64,000 nucleotides of DNA from Patescibacteria group bacterium (GTDB lineage: Bacteria; Patescibacteriota; JABMPQ01; JAQVVF01), in NCBI GenBank assembly GCA_041662665.1, contig JBAZSC010000001.1:193511-257510 (forward strand), given 5' to 3'. The position numbers and the translations under genes were made by a program. Shown one piece after another: positions 9,160-17,487 of the stretch. How positions within the stretch are numbered: position 1 is the first letter of the stretch; each line of letters opens with the position of its first letter. The notes below the pieces were generated by a model, which saw nothing but the letters and a program-made list of their open reading frames with translations, had not been told where the DNA came from and searched no databases.

Positions 9160-10578
9160 ATGGCGAAAGCACAAAAAACAGGCAAGTTTTTGGGAGTCTT
9201 TGCATTAGCAATGATCAATGTCTCATTAATTTGCAGTCTTAGAGGTCTACCAACAATGGCAGAATATGGTTTAACTGTCATATTTTTCCTTATGGTTTCA
9301 GTAGTCTTCTTTTTAATTCCGGTCTCTTTAGTTTCTGCAGAATTAGCAACTGGCTGGCCAAAAGGCGGTGGAATTTATGTTTGGGTCAGAGAAGCATTTG
9401 GTGAAAAAATGGGTTTTGTGACAATTATTCTACAATGGGTCCAAAATCTAGTTTTTTATCCAACTGCTCTTGCAGCAACTGCCGCAGTAATCGCTTATTT
9501 ATTTGTTAAACCAGAATTAGCTAATAACCAGTATTATACTTTAGCTGTTATTATCATAGTCTATTGGTTATCAGTTTTAATAAATTTGCGCGGCATGAAA
9601 GTTTCTGGAAGATTCACAAGTATTGGAACAATTTTAGGCATAATTTTTCCAGGTGTATTGCTATTTGTTTTGGGTCTAGCTTGGATATTCAGCGGACAAG
9701 ATTTTGCCTTAACAGTTGATTTAGAGGCTTTGATTCCTGATCTTGGCAAAGTTAACAATTTTGTTTTATTAACTGGCATGTTCTTATTTTTCGCTGGTAT
9801 GGAAGTTTCTGGTGTTCATGCAATGGAAGTCAAAAATCCAACCAAAGATTATCCAAAAGCAATTTTTATTGCTGCTTTAATTGTTACAGCAATTTTTCTT
9901 TTTGGTTCATTAGCAATTGCCTTGATTATTCCAACATCAGAATTAAGTTTAACTGCCGGCATAATGCAGACCTATTTAGCAGTTTTAAACAAATTTAATC
10001 TTGGCTGGTTAGTTCCAATCATTGCTCTTCTAGCAGCACCTGGCATGGTTGTTCAAGTTAGCTCATGGATTGTTGGACCAAGTCGAGGTTTATTAGTTAC
10101 TGCTCAAAATGGTGATTTGCCTCCTTTTTTTCAAAAAATGAACAAAAATAAAATGCCAGTTCATATTATGATTGTTCAAGGAATCTTAGTTTCAATAATC
10201 GCTTGTGTGTTTATGCTTATGCCTTCAGTTAGCAGTTCATTCTGGATTCTGACAGCTCTAGCTGCAATTTTATATTTAACAGTTTACATCATAATGTTTG
10301 CTGCAGCCATTAAATTAAAATACAGCCAGCCAAATACAAAACGTGCTTATGAAGTTCCTGGAGGAAAAATCGGTATGTGGATAATTGCTGGCATTGGAAG
10401 TCTCGCTTGTTTATCAGCAATATTTTTTGGCTTTTTCCCGCCATCGCAAATTTCAACTGGCAGTGTCGGTCGTTATGTCGGACTTTTAGTTATCGGTTAT
10501 ATTGTCTTAGGATTCATTCCATTTATTGTTTATGCTTTTAGAAAAAAATCTTGGAAAAAAACAATTAAAATAGACTAA
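9160..10578 (+). CDS. gadC: APC-superfamily amino acid permease, most likely a glutamate:GABA antiporter (GadC-like)
   Basis: About 12 TM helices with APC-family organisation. It sits immediately upstream of a glutamate decarboxylase gene. Confidence 0.7.
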   Translation: MAKAQKTGKFLGVFALAMINVSLICSLRGLPTMAEYGLTVIFFLMVSVVFFLIPVSLVSAELATGWPKGGGIYVWVREAFGEKMGFVTIILQWVQNLVFYPTALAATAAVIAYLFVKPELANNQYYTLAVIIIVYWLSVLINLRGMKVSGRFTSIGTILGIIFPGVLLFVLGLAWIFSGQDFALTVDLEALIPDLGKVNNFVLLTGMFLFFAGMEVSGVHAMEVKNPTKDYPKAIFIAALIVTAIFLFGSLAIALIIPTSELSLTAGIMQTYLAVLNKFNLGWLVPIIALLAAPGMVVQVSSWIVGPSRGLLVTAQNGDLPPFFQKMNKNKMPVHIMIVQGILVSIIACVFMLMPSVSSSFWILTALAAILYLTVYIIMFAAAIKLKYSQPNTKRAYEVPGGKIGMWIIAGIGSLACLSAIFFGFFPPSQISTGSVGRYVGLLVIGYIVLGFIPFIVYAFRKKSWKKTIKID

Positions 10579-10584
10579 TCATTG

Positions 10585-10665
10585 ATTGAAGATATCCGTA
10601 AAATCCGCGTTTTATCCGTATGAATCCGCATACCGCGGATTTAACGGATTGCACGCGGATGAACT
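10585..10665. repeat. ccgcg/cggat-word palindromic intergenic element between gadC and gadB (aaatccgcg...cgcggattt hairpins)
   Basis: Inverted repeats aaatccgcg/cgcggattt and atccgcg/cgcggat are visible. The same word family occurs at 2545-2600 and 58118-58200. Confidence 0.5.
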
Positions 10666-10696
10666 GAAAACATTTTTACAAGAATAATAAATAATT

Positions 10697-12091
10697 ATGT
10701 TACATAAAAAAAAGAAACAAAGTGAAATTAGCAAAGGCCATTCATCAACTTACAGCCAACGTTATTTTCATGAACCAATTCCAAAATACGAAATTCCAGA
10801 AAAGGAAATGCCTGCAAATGCTGCTTATCAATTAATTCATGATGAATTAAACATGGATGGCAATCCTTCCTTGAATTTAGCGAGCTTTTGTACAACTTGG
10901 ATGGAACCAGAAGCAGATAAATTAATTGCTGAATGCAATAGTAAAAATTTCATTGACCATGATCAATATCCGCAAACCGAAAAAATTCATGAAAGAATGG
11001 TTAATATGATGGCAAGGTTATTTAATAGCCCAGAAGGATCAAATTCAGTTGGCACTGCCACAATTGGTTCGTCAGAAGCAATCATGCTAGGCCTTTTAGC
11101 TCACAAATGGTCTTGGATTAATCGCAGAAAAAAAGAGAAAAAACCATACAACAAACCAAACATTGTTTATGGCGCTGATGTCCATGTTTGTTGGGAAAAA
11201 TTTGCCCGTTATTTTGATGTTGAAGAAAGAATGATTCCAATGGAAAAAGATCGCTTTGTTATTTCGGCAGAGGAGGTTGAGAAAAGAATTGATGAAAATA
11301 CAATTTGCGTTGGCGCAATACTAGGCACAACATTTACTGGACAGCATGATCCAATTGAAGAAATTAATGACTTATTATTAAAAATAAAAAAAGAAAAAGG
11401 CTGGGATATTCCAATCCATGTTGACGGAGCAAGCGGCGGATTTATCGCGCCATTTGTTTATCCGGAATTAAAATGGGATTTCAGATTAGAGCAAGTTAAA
11501 TCAATTAATGTTAGCGGTCATAAATATGGCCTAGTTTATCCAGGCCTTGGCTGGTTAGTTTTTCGCGATGAAAAAGATGTTCCGCAAGACATTGTTTTTA
11601 AAGTTAATTATCTAGGCGGAGACATGCCGACCTACACCTTGAATTTCTCGCGCGGCGGATCAACTGTTATCGCCCAATATTATAATTTCTTGCGTTTAGG
11701 CAGAGAAGGATATACTAGAATAATGAAAAACTGCGTTGACAATGCAAAATATTTATCCGACAAAATGATTAAATCCGGTTATTTTGAATCATTGAATCCT
11801 TCTCAACTTTTGCCAGTAGTTGCTGTTAAATTAAAAAAGAAAGAAAAGTTCACCCTTTATGATTTAGTGGACAAAATTCGTCAACGTGGCTGGATAATTT
11901 CCGCCTATACCTTGCCAAAGAATGCTGAAGACATAGTAATTTTCAGAGTTGTTGTTAGAGAAAACTTGAGCAAAGACATGATTGATATTTTGTTTAACGA
12001 TGTCATGGACGCTTATAAATTCTTGCAAGGAGCTGTCAAAACATTTAGCAAAGGCGTAAAAGCTGAAGATACGACACACAAAATTTGTTAA
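10697..12091 (+). CDS. gadB: Glutamate decarboxylase (PLP-dependent, group II decarboxylase)
   Basis: It contains [17 protein letters not shown] and a PLP-lysine region [23 protein letters not shown], typical of GadA/GadB. Length is 464 aa. Confidence 0.85.
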   Translation: MLHKKKKQSEISKGHSSTYSQRYFHEPIPKYEIPEKEMPANAAYQLIHDELNMDGNPSLNLASFCTTWMEPEADKLIAECNSKNFIDHDQYPQTEKIHERMVNMMARLFNSPEGSNSVGTATIGSSEAIMLGLLAHKWSWINRRKKEKKPYNKPNIVYGADVHVCWEKFARYFDVEERMIPMEKDRFVISAEEVEKRIDENTICVGAILGTTFTGQHDPIEEINDLLLKIKKEKGWDIPIHVDGASGGFIAPFVYPELKWDFRLEQVKSINVSGHKYGLVYPGLGWLVFRDEKDVPQDIVFKVNYLGGDMPTYTLNFSRGGSTVIAQYYNFLRLGREGYTRIMKNCVDNAKYLSDKMIKSGYFESLNPSQLLPVVAVKLKKKEKFTLYDLVDKIRQRGWIISAYTLPKNAEDIVIFRVVVRENLSKDMIDILFNDVMDAYKFLQGAVKTFSKGVKAEDTTHKIC

Positions 12092-12110
12092 AATAAATAT
12101 TTTTTAAAAC

Positions 12111-12446
12111 ATGGCAAAATCAAAAACAGGGATCACTGTTTTAATAGTGATTATCGTAGCTATCGTAATTGGAGTAATTGTCTGGCACTATTTAGATGTC
12201 AACAAACAAATTAACTCCGTAACGTATACCTGTAATGACAGTAAAACTATTAGTGCAAAATTTTATCAAAGCAAAATCAAATTAACTTTAAGCGACAACC
12301 GCAATTTAACTTTGCCACAAACAAAATCAGCTGATGGAGAACGCTATGCTAACAGAGGAGAAAAAACAATTTTTTGGGGCAAGGGCAATGGTGCGACTTT
12401 AACTGAAAATGGCAAAATTACTTTTGACAAATGCAAAACCAAATAA
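12111..12446 (+). CDS. mliC: MliC-family membrane-bound lysozyme inhibitor (C-type lysozyme inhibitor)
   Basis: An N-terminal anchor is followed by YTC...SADGERYANRGEKTIFWGKGNGATL...KCK. These match the conserved Cys pair and the S-G-x-x-Y and W-x-K-G motifs of MliC. Confidence 0.65.
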   Translation: MAKSKTGITVLIVIIVAIVIGVIVWHYLDVNKQINSVTYTCNDSKTISAKFYQSKIKLTLSDNRNLTLPQTKSADGERYANRGEKTIFWGKGNGATLTENGKITFDKCKTK

Positions 12447-12463
12447 TCTAAAATAATTTTATT

Positions 12464-13264
12464 ATGCCAAAACAAAAAACAGAATCTTCAAAAGTTTTAT
12501 TAACATTGCTGATTCTTTTACTAATTATCGGTTTTGGATCATTTATTTATCTCTGGCAACAAGTCAGTTCAGTAAAAAATACCAAATTAACTTTGCTGAC
12601 TGAAGAATATCCGCCGATTACTTATGAAAAAGATGGTAAAATAACAGGTATCGCTACAGAAGTTGTTGAAGAAATCATGAAAAAACTTGATGTTAATTAT
12701 GATATCAAGCTTTTAAAATGGAGCGATGCTTATGCAAAAGCGCTAGATAATCCTAATACAGTTTTGTTCAGCACTGAAAGAACAAAAGAAAGAGAACATT
12801 TATTTAATTGGGTTGGTCCATTAGGAAAAAACACCACTTATTTTTATGCACCAGCAGATTCAACTTTGCAAATTAACAATTTAGCAGATGCCAAAAAAGC
12901 AGGAAATATTGCTACTTGTTCTTCATGGTTTACAGAACAATATTTGAAGGACCAAGGCTTTAATAATTTACAAAGCTCTATTGATCCCAAGAAGAATATT
13001 ACACAATTGATTAACAAAGATGCGGATCTTTCAATTTTTACTGACATGACTGTCGGCAATTTGGCTCAATCTGCAGGCTATTCTCTGACAGACATCAAGC
13101 CAATTTACAAAGTTATGGAAACGCAATTTTACATCGCTATGTCAAAAGGAACATCAACTGCAATAGTTCGCGACTGGCAAAAAGCTTTTGACAAAATAAA
13201 AAATGATGGAACTCTAGCCAAGATTTATCAGCAGTATGTGCCATATATCAACAATCCATATTAG
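12464..13264 (+). CDS. Family-3 solute-binding protein (amino-acid ABC transporter substrate-binding domain-like)
   Basis: An N-terminal TM/signal is followed by an SBP_bac_3-like fold (LLTEEYPPITYEKDGKITGIATEVVEEIMKKL...). Confidence 0.6.
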   Translation: MPKQKTESSKVLLTLLILLLIIGFGSFIYLWQQVSSVKNTKLTLLTEEYPPITYEKDGKITGIATEVVEEIMKKLDVNYDIKLLKWSDAYAKALDNPNTVLFSTERTKEREHLFNWVGPLGKNTTYFYAPADSTLQINNLADAKKAGNIATCSSWFTEQYLKDQGFNNLQSSIDPKKNITQLINKDADLSIFTDMTVGNLAQSAGYSLTDIKPIYKVMETQFYIAMSKGTSTAIVRDWQKAFDKIKNDGTLAKIYQQYVPYINNPY

Positions 13265-13280
13265 AAATTTTTAAAAACAA

Positions 13281-13309
13281 AAACGCCAAGAAATTTTCTG
13301 GCGTTTTTT
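13281..13309. terminator. Bidirectional terminator hairpin aacgccaagaaattttctggcgttttttt
   Basis: A stem is followed by a T-run between convergent genes. It is a sequence twin of the 6491-6518 hairpin. Confidence 0.55.
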
Positions 13310-13323
13310 TATTATTTAATTAT

Positions 13324-14199
13324 TTATTCAGTATAGCACATCGGCCAAGTTGGATGATCTTTAGTTATCAAGCGCATTATTGAAGCTTGAGCATCAGATG
13401 TGAAATATGATTCTGGGCAAACTCTGCTTCCGCCATATCCAACGCCAAAATCAACATGTGCGCTTTCACCGCCATAAACCAAATTTCCAATCAAATCTCC
13501 TTGCTTTACGAATTGTCCGTCTTGGACAAAAACATTAGCAATCTGCATTTGGCCAATAGCATCATCTTGTGAAAAAGTTTCAAAATTATATGCTGGAGTG
13601 TAGTCTAAATGTTCAATGCCAAAACCAACATGCCAGCCCATTTGTCCAGATTCTTTGGCAGCTGTGTAGTTAGTAATATAGCCATCTGTCACGGCTTGAA
13701 AAGGAATTAAAGTTGCATCAATCATAAAATCAACTCCAGGATGCACAAAACCCCATGGTGCATTTGGAGACAGACTATAAGCTTCTGGAACAGAAAAAAT
13801 TTGGCTTTCATTGACATAAGGAGTTACCAAAGAAAAAGGCATAAAAATAGTTACGGTTTTTTTCTTGCTCTTTATTTTTTTATCATTATATAAATAAGTC
13901 ACTCTAAGATATTTAATGCCAGACGTTAACGAAACTTTTTTGGAATATTTTCCTTTTTTATTTGTTTTTGTTGATGTGAATTTTTTATACTTTCCATTAA
14001 TTTGTTCGGCTTTCTTAATTTTAATCAAAACCTTTGTTTGCACAGGTTTTATTCTGCCATAAATTCGGACTTTTTCACCTTGCGTAATTTCTGTTTTATC
14101 AACATTAATAGTAATTTTTGCCTTGGCTTCTGCTTTAGAAACATGCAGGAAAATAAAACTTAATGGCAGAATGATTGACAAAATAATTATTTTTTTCAT
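13324..14199 (-). CDS. Secreted M23-family (LytM-like) metallopeptidase
   Basis: A signal peptide is present. HPGVDF (H-x-G-x-D) and SAHVDFGV (HxH-like) motifs match the M23 signature. Confidence 0.6.
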   Translation of the reverse strand: MKKIIILSIILPLSFIFLHVSKAEAKAKITINVDKTEITQGEKVRIYGRIKPVQTKVLIKIKKAEQINGKYKKFTSTKTNKKGKYSKKVSLTSGIKYLRVTYLYNDKKIKSKKKTVTIFMPFSLVTPYVNESQIFSVPEAYSLSPNAPWGFVHPGVDFMIDATLIPFQAVTDGYITNYTAAKESGQMGWHVGFGIEHLDYTPAYNFETFSQDDAIGQMQIANVFVQDGQFVKQGDLIGNLVYGGESAHVDFGVGYGGSRVCPESYFTSDAQASIMRLITKDHPTWPMCYTE

Positions 14200-14214
14200 T
14201 TATTTTAAACTAAT

Positions 14215-15408
14215 TTATAAAGTATTTCTCACTCCTAACAAAACTGCATCTGCCCGTCGTTGAAGGTTTTTGCGAGAAGCATACTTTAATGCATTAGCGC
14301 TAAATGCAGTCGGATATGAGCCTTCTTGATATTCAATCGTCAATTTTTGTCGTCCATATTTCCAATCTTTAATTTTAAAAATGCCAAAATATTCTCTTGT
14401 GCCGGATTCTTTACTACTGTCTTGGCTGATAATATGAATTTGGCGCTTTTTGTAATTTACTTGGCAAGTTCCATTAATATACCAATTTGCATCACCATTG
14501 CCTTCATCTTCATCATCAGTGCCCAAAACTTTCGTGCCTTTAAAATATTTTGTATTTGCTGTCACAAAAGTCATAATGTCATTTGGATATCCATACTCCC
14601 ATGTTTTCAAGCTGTACCAAACGCCATTGATTTTGTCTTTTTTTCTTTTTGCCAAATTAATTTTATTGGTTAATTTATATTCGTAAGGCTCAAACAATAC
14701 TGATGGATCAACGCCTGTTTGCAAATAAGGTTTTAGTACATATTTTTTGTAAGCTTTGACTAATTTTGTTTTTGCTTTAGGTTTTAAGTAATCATATGGA
14801 GAAACCAAATAGCCTATATTCCTTTTTGTGCTGGATAATAAAGCATAAGGAAAAGTAGCACTAAGAAAACTAATTTTAACACCATCTGTACGGCCATAGT
14901 CCGCCAGTTCAAATTCTGCACTTGATTGATCTGGATCATAACTCATCCCTAAACCAACGTACTGCCCTCGTTTCACTTTTTGTCCTTTAGAAACATAAGG
15001 CGTCATTATTTCCATATGCGTGCCAATCAAATTTTTTCCATAATTAATTTCAATAAAATATTCTCCGCCATTCTCGTAAATATCTTGTACAGTGCCATCC
15101 GCCCAGCTTTTTACAGGCGTACCAGGCTTTAATTCAATCCAAACATGATCAAGTCCTTCAATATGTCCGCCAGCATGCAAGCCGAAACCTACTAAGCCAG
15201 TTTTGTCACTGTAAAAAATATCTTCAATGTTTGCCGGCAAGCTTAATCTAATTGGCGAGGCATTATCTGGCAAAGTGTAGGTCAAACCATCAGTTTCTGG
15301 ATCAGGTTCAGCTATCGTTTCTGCACAAGAATACTGAGTTAGAAAAAAGATTGCGCAAAAAACAATTATACAAAAAAGGAATTTTGATAGTGATTTTTGT
15401 TTGTACAT
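14215..15408 (-). CDS. Secreted M23-family (LytM-like) metallopeptidase with a C-terminal extension
   Basis: A signal peptide is present. GLHAGGHIEGLDH and GTHMEIMTPYV are M23 HxxxD / HxH-type motifs. Confidence 0.6.
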   Translation of the reverse strand: MYKQKSLSKFLFCIIVFCAIFFLTQYSCAETIAEPDPETDGLTYTLPDNASPIRLSLPANIEDIFYSDKTGLVGFGLHAGGHIEGLDHVWIELKPGTPVKSWADGTVQDIYENGGEYFIEINYGKNLIGTHMEIMTPYVSKGQKVKRGQYVGLGMSYDPDQSSAEFELADYGRTDGVKISFLSATFPYALLSSTKRNIGYLVSPYDYLKPKAKTKLVKAYKKYVLKPYLQTGVDPSVLFEPYEYKLTNKINLAKRKKDKINGVWYSLKTWEYGYPNDIMTFVTANTKYFKGTKVLGTDDEDEGNGDANWYINGTCQVNYKKRQIHIISQDSSKESGTREYFGIFKIKDWKYGRQKLTIEYQEGSYPTAFSANALKYASRKNLQRRADAVLLGVRNTL

Positions 15409-15413
15409 ATTTT

Positions 15414-16070
15414 TTATTTATTTTTTTTAAATATTTTTTGCGAAAGATTAATTGCCGGAAAGGTTCGCCAGTTAAAAGCATAAGAGAGCATCCTGATTAA
15501 AAATATCAAAGCAATGCTCAATATCGCAGAAATTTGCGCGTTTACACTAATATAGGAAGTCAAAATAGCAAAAAGTATTATTCCAACTAAAGAAGCAGTA
15601 ATGTAATATTGGCCAGGCTTTAAAAGCAATGGCTCGCTTTTGGTAAAAATATCGCGCAAAAAACCTCCGCTAACTGCTCCAACCATTCCAATTAAAACTG
15701 CTGCCAAAATATTCAAATCATTTTTCAATGCCATTTGCGTAGAAATAATTGCAAACAATCCCAAGCCCAATGCATCAATAATTATAAAAACTAAATTTAT
15801 TTTCTTAATATAATAAATAAAAATTGGCGTAATTATTGTTGCCACTAAAATTGAAGCAAGATACTGCCAATCTTCAATAATTACCGGCATTTGCGATAAA
15901 AAAACGCCATCTCTAATGATCGCGCCGCTTGCACCAGTAATAAATGCTAAGACAAAAACTCCAGAAAAATCATATTTTTTTTCAGAAGCAACCATTGCTC
16001 CAGTAATTGCTAATAAAAATACAGCAATGACTTCAAAATATAACGGTAATTCAAATTGGCCAATTAGCAT
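15414..16070 (-). CDS. TRIC/UPF0126 family trimeric intracellular cation channel-like membrane protein
   Basis: Two internal repeats carry glycine-rich motifs (GASGAIIRDG, GAVSGGFLRDIF). About 7 TM helices. Confidence 0.65.
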   Translation of the reverse strand: MLIGQFELPLYFEVIAVFLLAITGAMVASEKKYDFSGVFVLAFITGASGAIIRDGVFLSQMPVIIEDWQYLASILVATIITPIFIYYIKKINLVFIIIDALGLGLFAIISTQMALKNDLNILAAVLIGMVGAVSGGFLRDIFTKSEPLLLKPGQYYITASLVGIILFAILTSYISVNAQISAILSIALIFLIRMLSYAFNWRTFPAINLSQKIFKKNK

Positions 16071-16533
16071 ATTTTTTTGTTTTTATTTTTGATTTGTTTT
16101 TCAATCTTTTTGATTCATACTCCGATATTGTAGAGTCTAATATTTTATTAATATCAGCAGGGAATTTTTCTAATTCTTCAATCGTAGGTTTACCTTTTTT
16201 AATGTTTGATAAAACCCAAAAACCCATATTTATCGAATCAAATTTTTTATTATTCTGTCTAAATTTAGTAAAATTGCTAACCAATGTTTTTAAACCACCG
16301 ATGTTTGATACTGATTCTATTAATTCGTTATGCTCATTGGGATAGACTTCCTTTCTAGATAGGGCATATCCTAGTCCAGCCGATGTTATATATAAAATCC
16401 ATTCTTCTCTGGGTTTATCATATTTTTCTAAATATTTTTTTACAAAAGAATATTTTTGTATAAAAGGTTCGTAAGAAAAATAAGCTACTCGCGTAATTTC
16501 CTTTACAAAGCTTGATGTTTCTTGTTTTGCCAT
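16051..16533 (-). CDS. Hypothetical protein
   Basis: The ORF sits between tRNA-Ser and the TRIC gene. No recognisable motif. Confidence 0.4.
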   Translation of the reverse strand: MAKQETSSFVKEITRVAYFSYEPFIQKYSFVKKYLEKYDKPREEWILYITSAGLGYALSRKEVYPNEHNELIESVSNIGGLKTLVSNFTKFRQNNKKFDSINMGFWVLSNIKKGKPTIEELEKFPADINKILDSTISEYESKRLKNKSKIKTKKYANWPI

Positions 16534-16580
16534 ACTGTAGATGTATAAACTTCACTTGATAAAGCTTCGGCGGGCAAAGA

Positions 16581-16666
16581 CGGAGAGGGTGGGATTCGAA
16601 CCCACGAGCCCCAATAAAGGAGCGGAGTTTAGCAAACTCCTTCCATAGCCACTAGGAGACCTCTCC
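16581..16666 (-). tRNA. tRNA-Ser (anticodon GCT) with a long variable arm
   Basis: The reverse complement is GGAGAGGTCTCCTAGTGGCTATGGAAGGAGTTTGCTAAACTCC-GCTCCTTTATTGGGGCTC-GTGGGTTCGAATCCCACCCTCTCCG. The anticodon loop is TTGCTAA, a class-II variable arm is present and the T-loop is TTCGAAT. Confidence 0.85.
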
Positions 16667-16748
16667 ATATGAATTAAAAATAACTAAATTACAAATAACT
16701 AAATTTCTTTTTTATATTATCTTATTTCTAGCTTAAAATCAAGCCCAT

Positions 16749-17456
16749 CTATTTTCCTCTCGCCAAAACCAATCCCCAAATTTCGGAAGGGCCAAAATCA
16801 TAAAAAGATTTAGCGCATTCTTCTAATGTAGCTGAAGTCGTGCAAACATCATCAACCAAAATTATTTTTTTATTTTTAATGAATTCTGGCTTATCGCAAA
16901 AAAATGCGCCTTTGATATTTTTTCGCCGATAAATTGGATTTAAGCTCATTTGCGATTTTGTTTTTTTAGTTCTAGATAAAACATCATTTAAATAAATCAA
17001 TTTAAAATATTTTGCTACTTCAATACATAAAAGTTCGGATTGATTAAAACCTCTTTCTCTTAATCTATTTTTATGCAAAGGAATTGGCAAAATTATAAAT
17101 TCATGATCAATTTTTTCTTTAAATATAGTTTTCTTCAATCCAAAAATCAAAATTTTTGACAATGGTTTAGACAAATCCTGAATATATTTATATTTCAAAG
17201 TATGAATTGCTTTTTGTAGCAGATCATTTTCATAAGTTGCTGAAACAATAATGCCATTTAGTCTTGAAGTCTTTTCACAGTCTTTGCAAAAATTTCCAAG
17301 CTTTGTTGTTTTATGGCATTTTGGACAATCTTGTTTTTCATTTAATTCAATATCCAAAAAACAATGGTCGCACAAAAATTTACCCTCATCACCACAGGAA
17401 ATACATTCAATAGGGAATAGTATATCTAAGCAAAAATTTTTAATTTGTTTTAGCAA
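16749..17456 (-). CDS. comF: ComF-family protein (double zinc ribbon plus phosphoribosyltransferase domain)
   Basis: N-terminal CxxC...CxxC zinc ribbons are present. The C-terminal PRTase motif is IILVDDVCTTSATL. Confidence 0.75.
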   Translation of the reverse strand: MLKQIKNFCLDILFPIECISCGDEGKFLCDHCFLDIELNEKQDCPKCHKTTKLGNFCKDCEKTSRLNGIIVSATYENDLLQKAIHTLKYKYIQDLSKPLSKILIFGLKKTIFKEKIDHEFIILPIPLHKNRLRERGFNQSELLCIEVAKYFKLIYLNDVLSRTKKTKSQMSLNPIYRRKNIKGAFFCDKPEFIKNKKIILVDDVCTTSATLEECAKSFYDFGPSEIWGLVLARGK

Positions 17457-17487
17457 AACTTTATAAACTTTAAAAACTTTATGAACT

